Assembly (NCBI GenBank): GCA_028339155.1
Contig: JAOLBK010000002.1
Span: 115,366 to 179,365, forward strand
Reading direction: 5' to 3'
DNA from: Litorivicinus sp.
Lineage (GTDB): Bacteria > Pseudomonadota > Gammaproteobacteria > Pseudomonadales > Litorivicinaceae
Length of the DNA stretch: 64,000 bases
Shown here piece after piece: positions 1 through 9,294 of this stretch (position 1 is the first letter of the stretch; every line of letters begins with the position of its first letter). Both the position numbers and the translations under genes were made by a program. The notes under the pieces are model-generated. The model saw only the letters and a program-made list of their open reading frames with translations, was not told the DNA's origin and did no database searches.

Positions 1-2
1 AC

Positions 3-1055
3 GCTACATATGCGTCACTGACAACGTCACTGAATGGAGGTGCTACCTTTAATATTACGGTGACTGACGCGGCCGGAGCGGCTACGGCAGTTGCGGTAAC
101 AACGACAACGCCTCAGGGCGTTGTTGATAAAATTAACGAAGCAAATCTTGGGGTCACAGCGTCGGTTATGGACACTGGTGGTGGACCTGGTCCATATAAG
201 ATTGTGCTTGCCTCTGAGGTCGGCACTGCGAACGGATTTTCAGTGTCCACTTCAGCCAGTTCCGGAACAGCACTGGCATTTGGCGACCGATTGTCAACGG
301 CAGCAAATGCGAGCGTTGAGGTAAATGGCGTGACGATTACTCGGTCCACGAATACGATTACTGATGTGATCGATGGTGTGACCCTCAATCTTTCTGGGAT
401 AACTGCTGGAACTGGGATGCTGACTGTTGCCCAAACAACTGACCCTATCAAGACCCGAATCAATGATCTTGTGACTGTTTACAATGCCGTCCATACGCAA
501 CTCGATATGTTGACAGACTCGGAGTCTACCGAAGAGTTGGGTGGCACGCTGTCAGGTGATGGCGGGTTCGCAAATATTGTTCGGCACTTGGAGAATATGT
601 TTTCTTCGGCCTCTTCAACGGCGACTGGAAATATCTCATATCTAGCAGAGATTGGTGTCGAATTTGATCGGTACGGAAAGCTTGAGGTGGATTCCGATCG
701 TTTGGATGTGGCGCTGGTTGATAATTTTACGGATATTGTTTCAATTTTTACTGCCGATACAGACAATCAATCGAATGTGGGTGACGCAAATCGCGGGATT
801 GCTGGTGATGCAATAGCGCGTCTGGCTGAATTAATGGCGAACGATGGTGCAGTGACCACAAGAGTCAGCAATCTGGAATCACGAGTTTCCGATTATAAGG
901 AATCGCTTGAAAATTTGGATCGCCGCATGCAGTCAATTCAGAGTCGATACATCAAGCAGTTCTCGGCCATGGAGATGGCGGTTGACGCGATGAATAGCAC
1001 CAGATCATTCCTTGAATCTACACTCAAAAACCTGCCATTCAACAATAGAGATTAA
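3..1055 (+). CDS. fliD: Flagellar filament cap protein FliD, 5'-truncated by window edge
   Basis: Frame open from position 3; FliD C-terminal motifs (VNGVTITRSTNTITDVIDGVTLNL; LAEIGVEFDRYGKL; RYIKQFSAMEMAVDAMNS). Confidence 0.93.
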   Translation, partial: ATYASLTTSLNGGATFNITVTDAAGAATAVAVTTTTPQGVVDKINEANLGVTASVMDTGGGPGPYKIVLASEVGTANGFSVSTSASSGTALAFGDRLSTAANASVEVNGVTITRSTNTITDVIDGVTLNLSGITAGTGMLTVAQTTDPIKTRINDLVTVYNAVHTQLDMLTDSESTEELGGTLSGDGGFANIVRHLENMFSSASSTATGNISYLAEIGVEFDRYGKLEVDSDRLDVALVDNFTDIVSIFTADTDNQSNVGDANRGIAGDAIARLAELMANDGAVTTRVSNLESRVSDYKESLENLDRRMQSIQSRYIKQFSAMEMAVDAMNSTRSFLESTLKNLPFNNRD

Positions 1056-1074
1056 TTTTTCCCTTACTTTCTGC

Positions 1075-1101
1075 TAAAGCTTTCTGTACTACTGTCGATA
1101 G
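1075..1101 (+). promoter_or_regulatory. sigma-28 (FliA) promoter of flaG
   Basis: TAAA-N15-GTCGATAG, matches TAAA-N15-GCCGATAA consensus. Confidence 0.8.
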
Positions 1102-1147
1102 AACGTCTGATAGTTAATATATTTATGCTTAGGCAAAGGGGGCTGAA

Positions 1148-1567
1148 ATGTCGGAAATCCCACCAATTACTGTTGATGGCGGTGTGCAAGAAGCCGTGAA
1201 AAAATCTGAGATCTTTTCGCGGTCCCGTGATTCTGTTGAAATCGCGGGTCCACAGGCCCCAAAACCGATCGAGCAGAATCAAGAGCTTAAGGATAAAGCA
1301 TCGTCCGCAATGCAACTGGCAAATGAATCCATGAGCCCGGATAAGCTCGCCGAGTTAGTTAAAGGCTTGCAGCAAGCGATGCCTGCGAGTGCAAATTCGT
1401 TGAGATTTCGGATTGATGAGGTGCTTGATCGTGCTGTTGTTTCTGTCATCGATGATAAGTCGGGTGAATTGATTCGCCAACTGCCGACAGATGAAGTAAT
1501 TCGAGCTGCACATAACATCGATAAAATGCGCGGCATTATTTTTGATAGTTTTGATAATCAGGGCTGA
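1148..1567 (+). CDS. flaG: Flagellar protein FlaG
   Basis: LRFRIDEVLDRAVVSVIDDKSGELIRQLPTDEVI is the FlaG signature. Confidence 0.92.
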   Translation: MSEIPPITVDGGVQEAVKKSEIFSRSRDSVEIAGPQAPKPIEQNQELKDKASSAMQLANESMSPDKLAELVKGLQQAMPASANSLRFRIDEVLDRAVVSVIDDKSGELIRQLPTDEVIRAAHNIDKMRGIIFDSFDNQG

Positions 1568-1690
1568 TCGTTGTAGATCCGCCCTAATTATTCAGTAATT
1601 GAGCATTTCTAGGACCGACTGTTCTGAAATATGACACTGACGCCTCTAGTCTGTACATCTCCCGATCTTACTCAAAATATTTTTCATCTC

Positions 1691-1729
1691 AAAGCTTAGT
1701 TCAAGAGTCTGACTCTTGAACTAACCTTT
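1691..1729. repeat. Near-perfect 39-bp palindrome
   Basis: TTAGTTCAAGAGTC-T-GACTCTTGAACTAA (14-bp perfect arms, 1696-1724) extended by AAAG/CTTT after one mismatch. Confidence 0.9.
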
Positions 1730-1909
1730 CTGTTGCTCTGAATTTTTCAATACGACGGCATTCTTTGTCATGCCATGCTCTTGTAACTATTTTTTTGCGT
1801 GAGTATCTCGTCGCGTATATTCACTCGGAGATTTCTTCGGTCTTTCGAATGAATAGCTGCCAGGGAAAGAAATACCTGGTCTAGTGATCTCTGCTTTGTC
1901 CGGATATCT

Positions 1910-1969
1910 ATATCTCACATATCTCACATATCTCACATATCTCACATATCTCACATATCTCACATATCT
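1910..1969. repeat. 9-bp tandem repeat (ATATCTCAC) x6 plus partial copy
   Basis: Six exact copies 1910-1963, then ATATCT; degenerate units on both flanks. Confidence 0.97.
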
Positions 1970-2055
1970 ATATCCCGCATTCTAATGGTTGCCGCCACAG
2001 CGGCCACTCGATGCCGTATTTTGCCGATCAGTAGGAAAGTATTTGCCGATAGGGC

Positions 2056-2082
2056 TAAAGCTTTTCGGAAAGCGGCCGATTT
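2056..2082 (+). promoter_or_regulatory. sigma-28 promoter of flagellin
   Basis: TAAA-N15-GCCGATTT, ending about 65 nt upstream of ATG 2147. Confidence 0.88.
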
Positions 2083-2146
2083 ATTCCTCAGGTCTGGCAA
2101 GAATGTGCCGGCGCAGAAATTAAACAACTGTATAGAGGGGCTTATC

Positions 2147-4723
2147 ATGGCACTTGTAGTAAACACCAACGTATCGTCAATTGCGTCACAACGTCATTTG
2201 ATGGAGTCACGCAAAGAGATGGAGACAGCGATGGAGCGTCTCTCTTCAGGAAAGCGGATTAACTCATCATCTGATGACGCAGCCGGTTTGGCAATTGCGA
2301 CCCGAATGGACTCGCAGGTTCGTGGCCTCAATATGGCTATTCGAAACGCGAACGACGGAATTTCAGTTGTGCAAAGCGCCGAGGGCGCGATGCAACAAGT
2401 GACGGAAATGCTTCAGCGGATGCGCGAGCTTGCTGTTCAGTCAACGTCCGGTGCAAACAATGCGGTCGACAGAGCGTCCTTGGATCAAGAAGTTCAGCAG
2501 TTGAAGGAAGAGATTGATCGAATTGCGTCCTCAACTACCTTTAACAGTAAAAACTTACTAGACGGATCATTTTCAGCAAATATCCAGGTCGGTTACGAGC
2601 TTGGCGATACTTTAGCTATCGGAATCGGGTCTGTTTCGACATCGGCGCTTGGTATCGGCACCGGGAGCACTGGGAGTAGTGCTGGTGGCGTTTTGGTCAG
2701 TGGCCGGAATACGTTGTCTACCACGACAATTATTAATGCCGGAGACATCAAGATTAATGATGTCGCTCTTGGCGCGTTCGATGGAACGGCAAACGCTGCT
2801 GATGTTAATGGTACTGGTACATCTAACAACAACATCGCGGACTTCGTCGATCTTGTTAATGAGGCAGATGCTGGTGTTTCGGCGACTGCGTTTAACCGAG
2901 TCGTTGCTGGTAACCTGGGTACTGGAATCATTGCCGCAGATCAATTGGCAATTCAAATAGGTGCAGTCGGCACTACGCCAGCGACAGAGGCGATTATTGG
3001 CTCGTCCAATTCTATGGCAGAGATGGTAAGTAACATCAATCTTGCGACGGGTGGATCTGTTCAGGCGACGCTTGACGAAGCTGGGCGTCTCGTCTTATCC
3101 AACGCAACCGGTGCTTCGATTTCCGTGGCCGATATGTCAGGAACAAACGGCGCTCGAGATGGTGGTACAGGTTTTACAGTTGAGACTGGTTCGGGTGTTG
3201 CTGGCGGTCTGACTGGCGTCACTTACGCCGCTAACGAATTCAACGGTTTTATGCGTTTAGAATCTACAAATGGCGACGACATTACAATTACTCGTGGTAA
3301 TGAAGGACTCGTTGCTCCGGGTGCCCTTTCTGATCTTCAGGCGGTTGGATTCCGAGAGGTGAATGAAAGCCCACAGGGACAGCCATACACAGTGACGGGT
3401 ATTGCCCTAACTTCGGGTGGTATTGCTGGCACAATTGGACAAGGCGACATCACACTTAATGGCGTTGATATTTATGAGGCAACCCTTTCTACCAATTCTG
3501 ATTCGTTTCAGGGAAAGCTTGACTTGATCAACGCATTTCAGACTGAGACCTCGGTAGTTGCGTCGGCATATTTTGAGAAGACATTTGATTTCTCAAATGT
3601 GGATTTCGTTGCTGACATGACCTTTGACATAAATGGTACTGCAATCGCGATGTCCTCGACCCTAGCAAGTACCGTTTCAAATATTAATGGTGCGACGTCT
3701 GTAACCGGTGTGGTAGCCACAATTAACGGTAACAACGTGAAGTTGGTTGGTAATAACGTACAACAAGTAACAATCGATAACTTCGACTACGATTTGGACG
3801 ACACATTCGAAGCAGAGGTGGGTGGTAAAAATCATAGTAGCTTGACTAAAGGACAAATTCGTACAGTAGCGTTTGGTAACCTAAACTATACCGCGGGCAT
3901 GCAGATTACTTTGCACTTTGAGTCTGGCGGGTATATCGCAAATACTGGCGGTGGTGCTCTCTTACATTCCTTCAGCGTGGGGGTTACATCGTTTACTTAC
4001 ACGGTACAGTCAGGTGATGCCCAAATGGAAATTGCGGAGGGATTCCGTGACCTTATGTTCAATTTCATTCAGAGCGGCGAGTCGAATAATCCTTATGCTG
4101 GCGAGTCGGTGGGAATGTTTTTCAGTGCAATTTCAATAAGTGCTGGTGGAACAGCTGCGTTGCAGTTCAATACGGGCTTGTCAGCAGGATCTGCGGTGAT
4201 TCGCTTTTCCGTTACTTTGCCTACTGATGCTACCAAAGCGTTCAGTGCATCTACGACTAACTACGGTGCGATTCGCCTAAGTTCGTTGAATGATTCACCG
4301 ATTTCGATCGATCTAGGCAGTAATGCGGCGGTTGCGGAGCACGGGCTTTTAGAGATGAACGTTGGTGCCGCTGACTATGACACCATTGAGCCATCTTTAG
4401 GCAATACGGTTCTTGTGTCAGGATTATCCGTATCATCGTCGTCAGGTGCTGAGTCTGCGTTGACTGTACTGGACCAAGCAATTATTCAGGTGGGTATTAA
4501 TCGAGCATCTTTGGGTGCAATCGAGAATCGCCTTGATCATACGATCTCGAACCTGTCTAATGTTGTCGAGAATACGGAGGCAGCAAAGTCTCGGATTCAA
4601 GATGCGGACTTTGCTTTAGAGTCAGCGCAGTTGGCTCGGGCACAGATCTTGCAACAAGCTGGTACGGCAATGCTCGCACAGGCTAACGCAGCGCCACAGA
4701 ATGTTCTAAGCTTGCTTGGATAA
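2147..4723 (+). CDS. fliC: Large flagellin (~858 aa) with expanded central domain
   Basis: MALVVNTNVSS...MERLSSGKRINSSSDDAAGLAIA N-terminus; SRIQDADFALES...AMLAQANAAPQNVLSLLG C-terminus; start moved to 2147 using RBS GAGGGG and the promoter. Confidence 0.97.
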   Translation: MALVVNTNVSSIASQRHLMESRKEMETAMERLSSGKRINSSSDDAAGLAIATRMDSQVRGLNMAIRNANDGISVVQSAEGAMQQVTEMLQRMRELAVQSTSGANNAVDRASLDQEVQQLKEEIDRIASSTTFNSKNLLDGSFSANIQVGYELGDTLAIGIGSVSTSALGIGTGSTGSSAGGVLVSGRNTLSTTTIINAGDIKINDVALGAFDGTANAADVNGTGTSNNNIADFVDLVNEADAGVSATAFNRVVAGNLGTGIIAADQLAIQIGAVGTTPATEAIIGSSNSMAEMVSNINLATGGSVQATLDEAGRLVLSNATGASISVADMSGTNGARDGGTGFTVETGSGVAGGLTGVTYAANEFNGFMRLESTNGDDITITRGNEGLVAPGALSDLQAVGFREVNESPQGQPYTVTGIALTSGGIAGTIGQGDITLNGVDIYEATLSTNSDSFQGKLDLINAFQTETSVVASAYFEKTFDFSNVDFVADMTFDINGTAIAMSSTLASTVSNINGATSVTGVVATINGNNVKLVGNNVQQVTIDNFDYDLDDTFEAEVGGKNHSSLTKGQIRTVAFGNLNYTAGMQITLHFESGGYIANTGGGALLHSFSVGVTSFTYTVQSGDAQMEIAEGFRDLMFNFIQSGESNNPYAGESVGMFFSAISISAGGTAALQFNTGLSAGSAVIRFSVTLPTDATKAFSASTTNYGAIRLSSLNDSPISIDLGSNAAVAEHGLLEMNVGAADYDTIEPSLGNTVLVSGLSVSSSSGAESALTVLDQAIIQVGINRASLGAIENRLDHTISNLSNVVENTEAAKSRIQDADFALESAQLARAQILQQAGTAMLAQANAAPQNVLSLLG

Positions 4724-4742
4724 ATCTTGTGGTAACTGAAGA

Positions 4743-4769
4743 AGTGGGGGCTTAGGCCCCCATTTTTTT
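4743..4769 (+). terminator. Rho-independent terminator after fliC
   Basis: GTGGGGGC-TTAG-GCCCCCAT hairpin followed by T-run. Confidence 0.85.
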
Positions 4770-4780
4770 GGAAACTTTTT

Positions 4781-6433
4781 ATGAAGACAAAACCGCCACG
4801 TAAAGAATCGGCGAAAGCTAAGTACAAAAAATTGCCCAAACTTCTAGAGAAAGGGCATTTTGAAGAGGCTGAACCACTTTTTGATGCATTTATCGCCGAG
4901 CGAAGCGCGGGCCAGATTGGCTACGACAACCTAATAAGTTATGCGCGGCTAAAGTTGGCCAGAAATAAAAATTCGGATGCCGAGACAGCGGCAATGATGG
5001 CAATTTCGGTAGATGAAATGAGGATCCAAGCCCCTGAATTTTTGCTTGAACTTTATTTAAAGCAAAAACTTTACACTAAGGCCTTGCACATTGCAGATCG
5101 ACTGCTTCAGGCAAGTCCGCGATCACTCCACTACAGAACAAATCGATTGACTGTGCTCAGTAACATGAACCAGTCGGATGAAGTATTAAAAGAGTGGCAC
5201 GTGATTCGAGAAATCGACAGTGAGGCCGCTAATAATCCATCTGTTCAACATACTGTGCTTAATGCGTTAGTGACTGATGGTCGGGCCGAAGAAGCGGCAG
5301 AATATTTAATTGAATTTAAGGCGTCCGTTAAATCCTGGACGGCTTGGCACGCGTTAAGCGAGCCTCATATTTATGCGGGATTAGGAGATTTCGACAGAGC
5401 AATCGAGTCGCTGACAGACTCAGTCTCCAAAGATCCAGACAATCCTGTTTGGCAATGGAATCGGGGTTTGCTCCGATTAGCACATGGCGATCTTGTCGAC
5501 GGCTGGAAAGATTACGAAGTTCGGTGGGGCTGGGATGACTTTCCAAGCCCAAAACGTATTTTGGATCTACCCTTGTGGCAGGGACAAGATTTACGGGATC
5601 GATCCATTGTAATATCAGCCGAGCAAGGATTGGGGGATCAAATCATGTTTTCTTCGATTCTTCTTTCTGTCCTTAATATGAACCCTTCACGGATCCGTCT
5701 TGAGGTTCAAGACAAGGCAATTCCTATCTTTAAGCTCTGGTATCCGGAGTGTGAAGTTGGTTCTTGGAAAAATGACCGTGAGGTTGATGAGGAATTGGAG
5801 AGTGCGTTTGACTTTCACTGTCCAATGGCAACCGTGTGTGGACTTTTGATGACGAGTGAGCGTGCGATTAGTCAGTTGCCAAGACGTAAGATAAAGATCT
5901 CAGACCAAGAAAAGGGCCGACTTCTTGGTAATTTCTCTGAAAAGTATGACATTAAAATTGGACTTTCTTGGAGAAGTAGCGCGATCGATGGTGAACGTGC
6001 TAGCCAGTACATGAATGTCAATTTATGTGAAATGATTATTCAATCTTTGCCGTCTGATATCGGATTTGTCATTGTTCAGTACAAGTTCAGTGATGAAGAG
6101 CGTGCGGTCCTCGAAAAATATCCGAACGTCTTCATTCCAATGGAAGATCTTTTCGACGACGTTTTATTAAACGGAAAATACTGTGCAACTTGCGACCTAG
6201 TGGTCTCCCCAGCGACTGTGGTGGTGCAGCTTTGTGGGCTTTTTGGAATCCCCTGTATGTCTTGGGGGGCAGAAAAGAGTTGGGTCAATCTAGGCTGTGA
6301 TCAGCCACCATGGTTTGGAACGGTTCACCAAATAAAGCACAAGCCGAATATGTCTAAAGGGCAGATGGTGCAGTCAATCGTAAATATCTTGAAGTCGTCG
6401 CTGCCGAACAATTCTGAGAAACAGGTTCACTAA
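4781..6433 (+). CDS. TPR + GT-B glycosyltransferase, FlmG-like candidate flagellin glycosyltransferase
   Basis: N-terminal TPR-like helices; GWKDYEVRW, PLWQGQDL, AEQGLGDQIMF, IGLSWRS motifs; lies between fliC and the pse genes. Confidence 0.75.
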   Translation: MKTKPPRKESAKAKYKKLPKLLEKGHFEEAEPLFDAFIAERSAGQIGYDNLISYARLKLARNKNSDAETAAMMAISVDEMRIQAPEFLLELYLKQKLYTKALHIADRLLQASPRSLHYRTNRLTVLSNMNQSDEVLKEWHVIREIDSEAANNPSVQHTVLNALVTDGRAEEAAEYLIEFKASVKSWTAWHALSEPHIYAGLGDFDRAIESLTDSVSKDPDNPVWQWNRGLLRLAHGDLVDGWKDYEVRWGWDDFPSPKRILDLPLWQGQDLRDRSIVISAEQGLGDQIMFSSILLSVLNMNPSRIRLEVQDKAIPIFKLWYPECEVGSWKNDREVDEELESAFDFHCPMATVCGLLMTSERAISQLPRRKIKISDQEKGRLLGNFSEKYDIKIGLSWRSSAIDGERASQYMNVNLCEMIIQSLPSDIGFVIVQYKFSDEERAVLEKYPNVFIPMEDLFDDVLLNGKYCATCDLVVSPATVVVQLCGLFGIPCMSWGAEKSWVNLGCDQPPWFGTVHQIKHKPNMSKGQMVQSIVNILKSSLPNNSEKQVH

Positions 6434-6476
6434 AATTGATGAAATCATATGTGTGTGAATATTCGTTTCGGGGCGT

Positions 6477-7007
6477 ATGGAATTCAACCTAGGGTATAAG
6501 ACTGATATGGGGCGCATTCCTGGAAGTGATGACATGAATTCTGATTCGATAATTACCAGATTGGTTGTGCGATCTGATGTTAATGATATTTTCTTGTGGC
6601 GAAATGATGAAGGCTCGCGGAGCCAGTCCTTGAATACCGAGCCCGTTGCCTGGGTCGATCATCAGGGGTGGATTCAATCCGTCATGATAAGTTCGCGGCA
6701 TTGCCTTCTGATGTGTTGCGACAAAACTTCAGCTGCAAGTGTTGGCGTGGTTCGATTTGATATGGGTAATGACGATACGCTCATCTCGATCAACTTGGCC
6801 CCAAGTTTTAGGGGACGGGGATTGGGAAAGCACTGCCTGAATGCTGCGATTCATTTTTTTTCCTGTCATTATCAGTCTGTAAAGCCTGTGCGGGCTGAAA
6901 TTAGGCCAGAAAATTTGGCCAGTCAAAAAGCGTTCCAAGGCGCTGGCTTTAAATTCCTTCACTCTACCAATGATATAATCACGTTAACGCGTCAGATGAT
7001 TTCGTGA
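6477..7007 (+). CDS. GNAT acetyltransferase, PseH-like (start uncertain)
   Basis: WRND...H..W; VGVVRFD; FRGRGLGK; NLASQKAFQGAGF GNAT motifs. Confidence 0.8.
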   Translation: MEFNLGYKTDMGRIPGSDDMNSDSIITRLVVRSDVNDIFLWRNDEGSRSQSLNTEPVAWVDHQGWIQSVMISSRHCLLMCCDKTSAASVGVVRFDMGNDDTLISINLAPSFRGRGLGKHCLNAAIHFFSCHYQSVKPVRAEIRPENLASQKAFQGAGFKFLHSTNDIITLTRQMIS

Positions 7008-7016
7008 AGTTGAACC

Positions 7017-7439
7017 ATGACCCAAATCCTTGAAGAAATTATTGACTGTAAAGAACATCTTGCCGAGTCGTATCGACTCCTTCGGCTGAGACAGCACGCA
7101 ATTAGTCATGCCTCAATCCCGTCATTCGAAGAACACTCTAGATTCGTTTCTTCAAACCCTTACAGGCATTGGTTCTTAATCAAAAATTTCGATGAGTATG
7201 TGGGAACGGTTTATGTCCAAGACGATAACTCCATTGGACTGAACTTAGTTGCCGAGCATGCTTTTTTGGCGCCAGGCGTTCTGCACAATATCAAAGACTT
7301 TTGTGAGCCTCTTCACGCGATTCCATCGAAACGCAATGGGAGATTTTTTATCAATATTCCATCGTCAGATATCGAATTACGGGATACTCTTTTGGCGCGG
7401 GGAGGGATTGAGATTCAGCGATCGTTTCTTTTGCCCTGA
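7017..7439 (+). CDS. Degenerate GNAT-fold protein of sugar-modification clusters
   Basis: ISH...PSFEEH..FV...PYRHWFLI...VGTVY...NSIG pattern; acetyl-CoA motif degenerate. Confidence 0.55.
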   Translation: MTQILEEIIDCKEHLAESYRLLRLRQHAISHASIPSFEEHSRFVSSNPYRHWFLIKNFDEYVGTVYVQDDNSIGLNLVAEHAFLAPGVLHNIKDFCEPLHAIPSKRNGRFFINIPSSDIELRDTLLARGGIEIQRSFLLP

Positions 7440-7468
7440 ATTTTGTGCTGAGCACTTTGTCGTCGGAC

Positions 7469-8203
7469 CTAATTTCTATTAATGCCGATTTCGGTATCTG
7501 GAAAGAGTGCTTCATGCTTGATAAGAGCAACTCGCCAATCGGTCTCTGTGTCGATATCATGACAAGCACTAGACTCGATAACGACTGAACCCGTATTTTC
7601 TGAAAAAAACTGGGCCTGATCCTTTAGTGTGCCTGGTTGAAACCAGATCCACATTCCGGCGTCGTGATAACTTTCTGGAATGTCTTGAGACCTTGTGTTG
7701 ACGAATGAGGAATCTACAAATGAAATCAGGCCATTTGGTTTTCTGCGAAGGGCTCGGTTGATTGGATAATCGAAAGGGGTGATCGGAAAGACTGAATCAA
7801 AATGCTTTGACGTCATCAGATCGAGGCCCTGCGCCAACTGAGGTGTAGTGATAAATGGAGCTGTCGCATATAAGCAACAAACCGCATCAAAGAAGATATT
7901 TTGGGATTCATATTGAGAGATCACTTCGATCAACGCATCGGCAATCGTTGCGTTATCATCTGAATTGACGGCAGATCGCTGAAAGGGCACCGATGCACCG
8001 TACGTCTTGGCTATTAATGCGGTCTCGTCGCAGTCCGTGCTCACCATGACAGTGTCGAATAAGTTGCTCTTTTTTGCAGCATTAATTGACCACGCGATGA
8101 TCGGGTGTTCGCGGAATTTTTTTATATTTTTTTTCTTAATTCTTTTGCTGCCTCCACGCGCTGGAATGATGGCTAAGTATTTTTTTTTCGGGTTAGACGT
8201 CAT
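7469..8203 (-). CDS. pseF: Pseudaminic acid cytidylyltransferase PseF
   Basis: AIIPARGGSKRIKKKNIK, VSTD, RSQD..ESYHDAG, DIDTETDW; start likely MTSNPK at 8203. Confidence 0.9.
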   Translation of the reverse strand: MTSNPKKKYLAIIPARGGSKRIKKKNIKKFREHPIIAWSINAAKKSNLFDTVMVSTDCDETALIAKTYGASVPFQRSAVNSDDNATIADALIEVISQYESQNIFFDAVCCLYATAPFITTPQLAQGLDLMTSKHFDSVFPITPFDYPINRALRRKPNGLISFVDSSFVNTRSQDIPESYHDAGMWIWFQPGTLKDQAQFFSENTGSVVIESSACHDIDTETDWRVALIKHEALFPDTEIGINRN

Positions 8204-9269
8204 CAGAGAGTCCACCCACAATCATTGATTCCTCTAACGGCTCGCCGAATTTAATTGATCTTGTAGATAATCGCCCCAGAACAAATGGCAGAAATTTGGG
8301 CCTTAGTCCATAACCAGGTCGAATAGATCTGACATTTTTGGTTGTGAAAGGATCTCCGGTTTTAATGTCCGCAGTCACATACAAAGACCGGCGATTCTTG
8401 AATACGGTGCTTTCAGCGTCGAGTGGTGCAAAGGAGGGGGAACCAAGGGCTGATGCTGCTGCGTGTACTTCTCGAACCAGTTCTTTTAATTCCGAAGCCT
8501 CGAGTGAAAAGGCGCTGTCCACGCCACCATCTGAGCGTTTTAATGTGAAGTGTTTTTCGATTAGGCAAGCACCCATTCCAACAGACAGTACTGACGTTAA
8601 AATTCCTTTTGTGTGGTCGGATAAACCTGTGTGGACTTTTAACTTTTCCTGAATTTCACGGATCGTTGTTAAATTTGCATCATGAATTTCAGAGGGGTAA
8701 CTCGACGTACAATGCAGAACAATCACGTTTGATGGGTTCCCTTCACTAGCCGCGCTGACGGCCTCAGAAATCTCCTCAAATGTTGCCATGCCAGTGGATA
8801 TAATGATCGGCTTTTTCGTTGAGGCGACTTTCTTTATCAGTGGAATATCGATGATTTCGGGGGATGCAATTTTGTAGGCAGGACAGTTTAGCTCTTCGAG
8901 AAAATCAACAGCGGTATAGTCAAACGGGGCTGAGAAAACGATCAAATCGAGCTCTTTTCCCATCTCAAAAAGTTTTTTATGCCATGCCCATGGGGTATGC
9001 GCTTCTTCATAGAGTTCGTAAAGGATTCGCCCTTCCCAAAGTCCCTTGTCTAAAATAAATTCAGGCCCATCATGATTAATGGTAATCGTATCCGGGGTAT
9101 ATGTTTGAAGTTTGACCGCGTCCACACCCGCTTTCTTTGCCTCGATCATTAATTTGAGAGCCCGATCGATGTCCCCGTTATGGTTACCGGACATTTCGGC
9201 AACAACGAGCGGTCGATGACCATGACCAACGAGCCGTCCTTGTATTTTTACTGGTGGGATTTTACTCAT
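8193..9269 (-). CDS. pseI: Pseudaminic acid synthase PseI
   Basis: AEMSGNHNG, KLQTYTPDTIT, AHTPWAWH, KIASPE, GLSDHT, EKHFTL, DSAFSLE, C-terminal SAF domain. Confidence 0.93.
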   Translation of the reverse strand: MSKIPPVKIQGRLVGHGHRPLVVAEMSGNHNGDIDRALKLMIEAKKAGVDAVKLQTYTPDTITINHDGPEFILDKGLWEGRILYELYEEAHTPWAWHKKLFEMGKELDLIVFSAPFDYTAVDFLEELNCPAYKIASPEIIDIPLIKKVASTKKPIIISTGMATFEEISEAVSAASEGNPSNVIVLHCTSSYPSEIHDANLTTIREIQEKLKVHTGLSDHTKGILTSVLSVGMGACLIEKHFTLKRSDGGVDSAFSLEASELKELVREVHAAASALGSPSFAPLDAESTVFKNRRSLYVTADIKTGDPFTTKNVRSIRPGYGLRPKFLPFVLGRLSTRSIKFGEPLEESMIVGGLSDDV

Positions 9270-9294
9270 GCAGCACCTCGGCCTTTATAATTAA

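Noticed and set aside
1910-1969. Tandem repeat as a CRISPR array
   Set aside because: 9-bp units without spacers; no cas genes
1985-2146. ORF-track N-terminal extension of flagellin (912 aa)
   Set aside because: Overlaps the sigma-28 promoter; the canonical flagellin start and RBS are at 2147
8119-8188. Poly-A tracts in pseF as phase-variation sites
   Set aside because: They encode Lys-rich stretches including the conserved KRIxxKN motif; frame intact; no evidence of slippage
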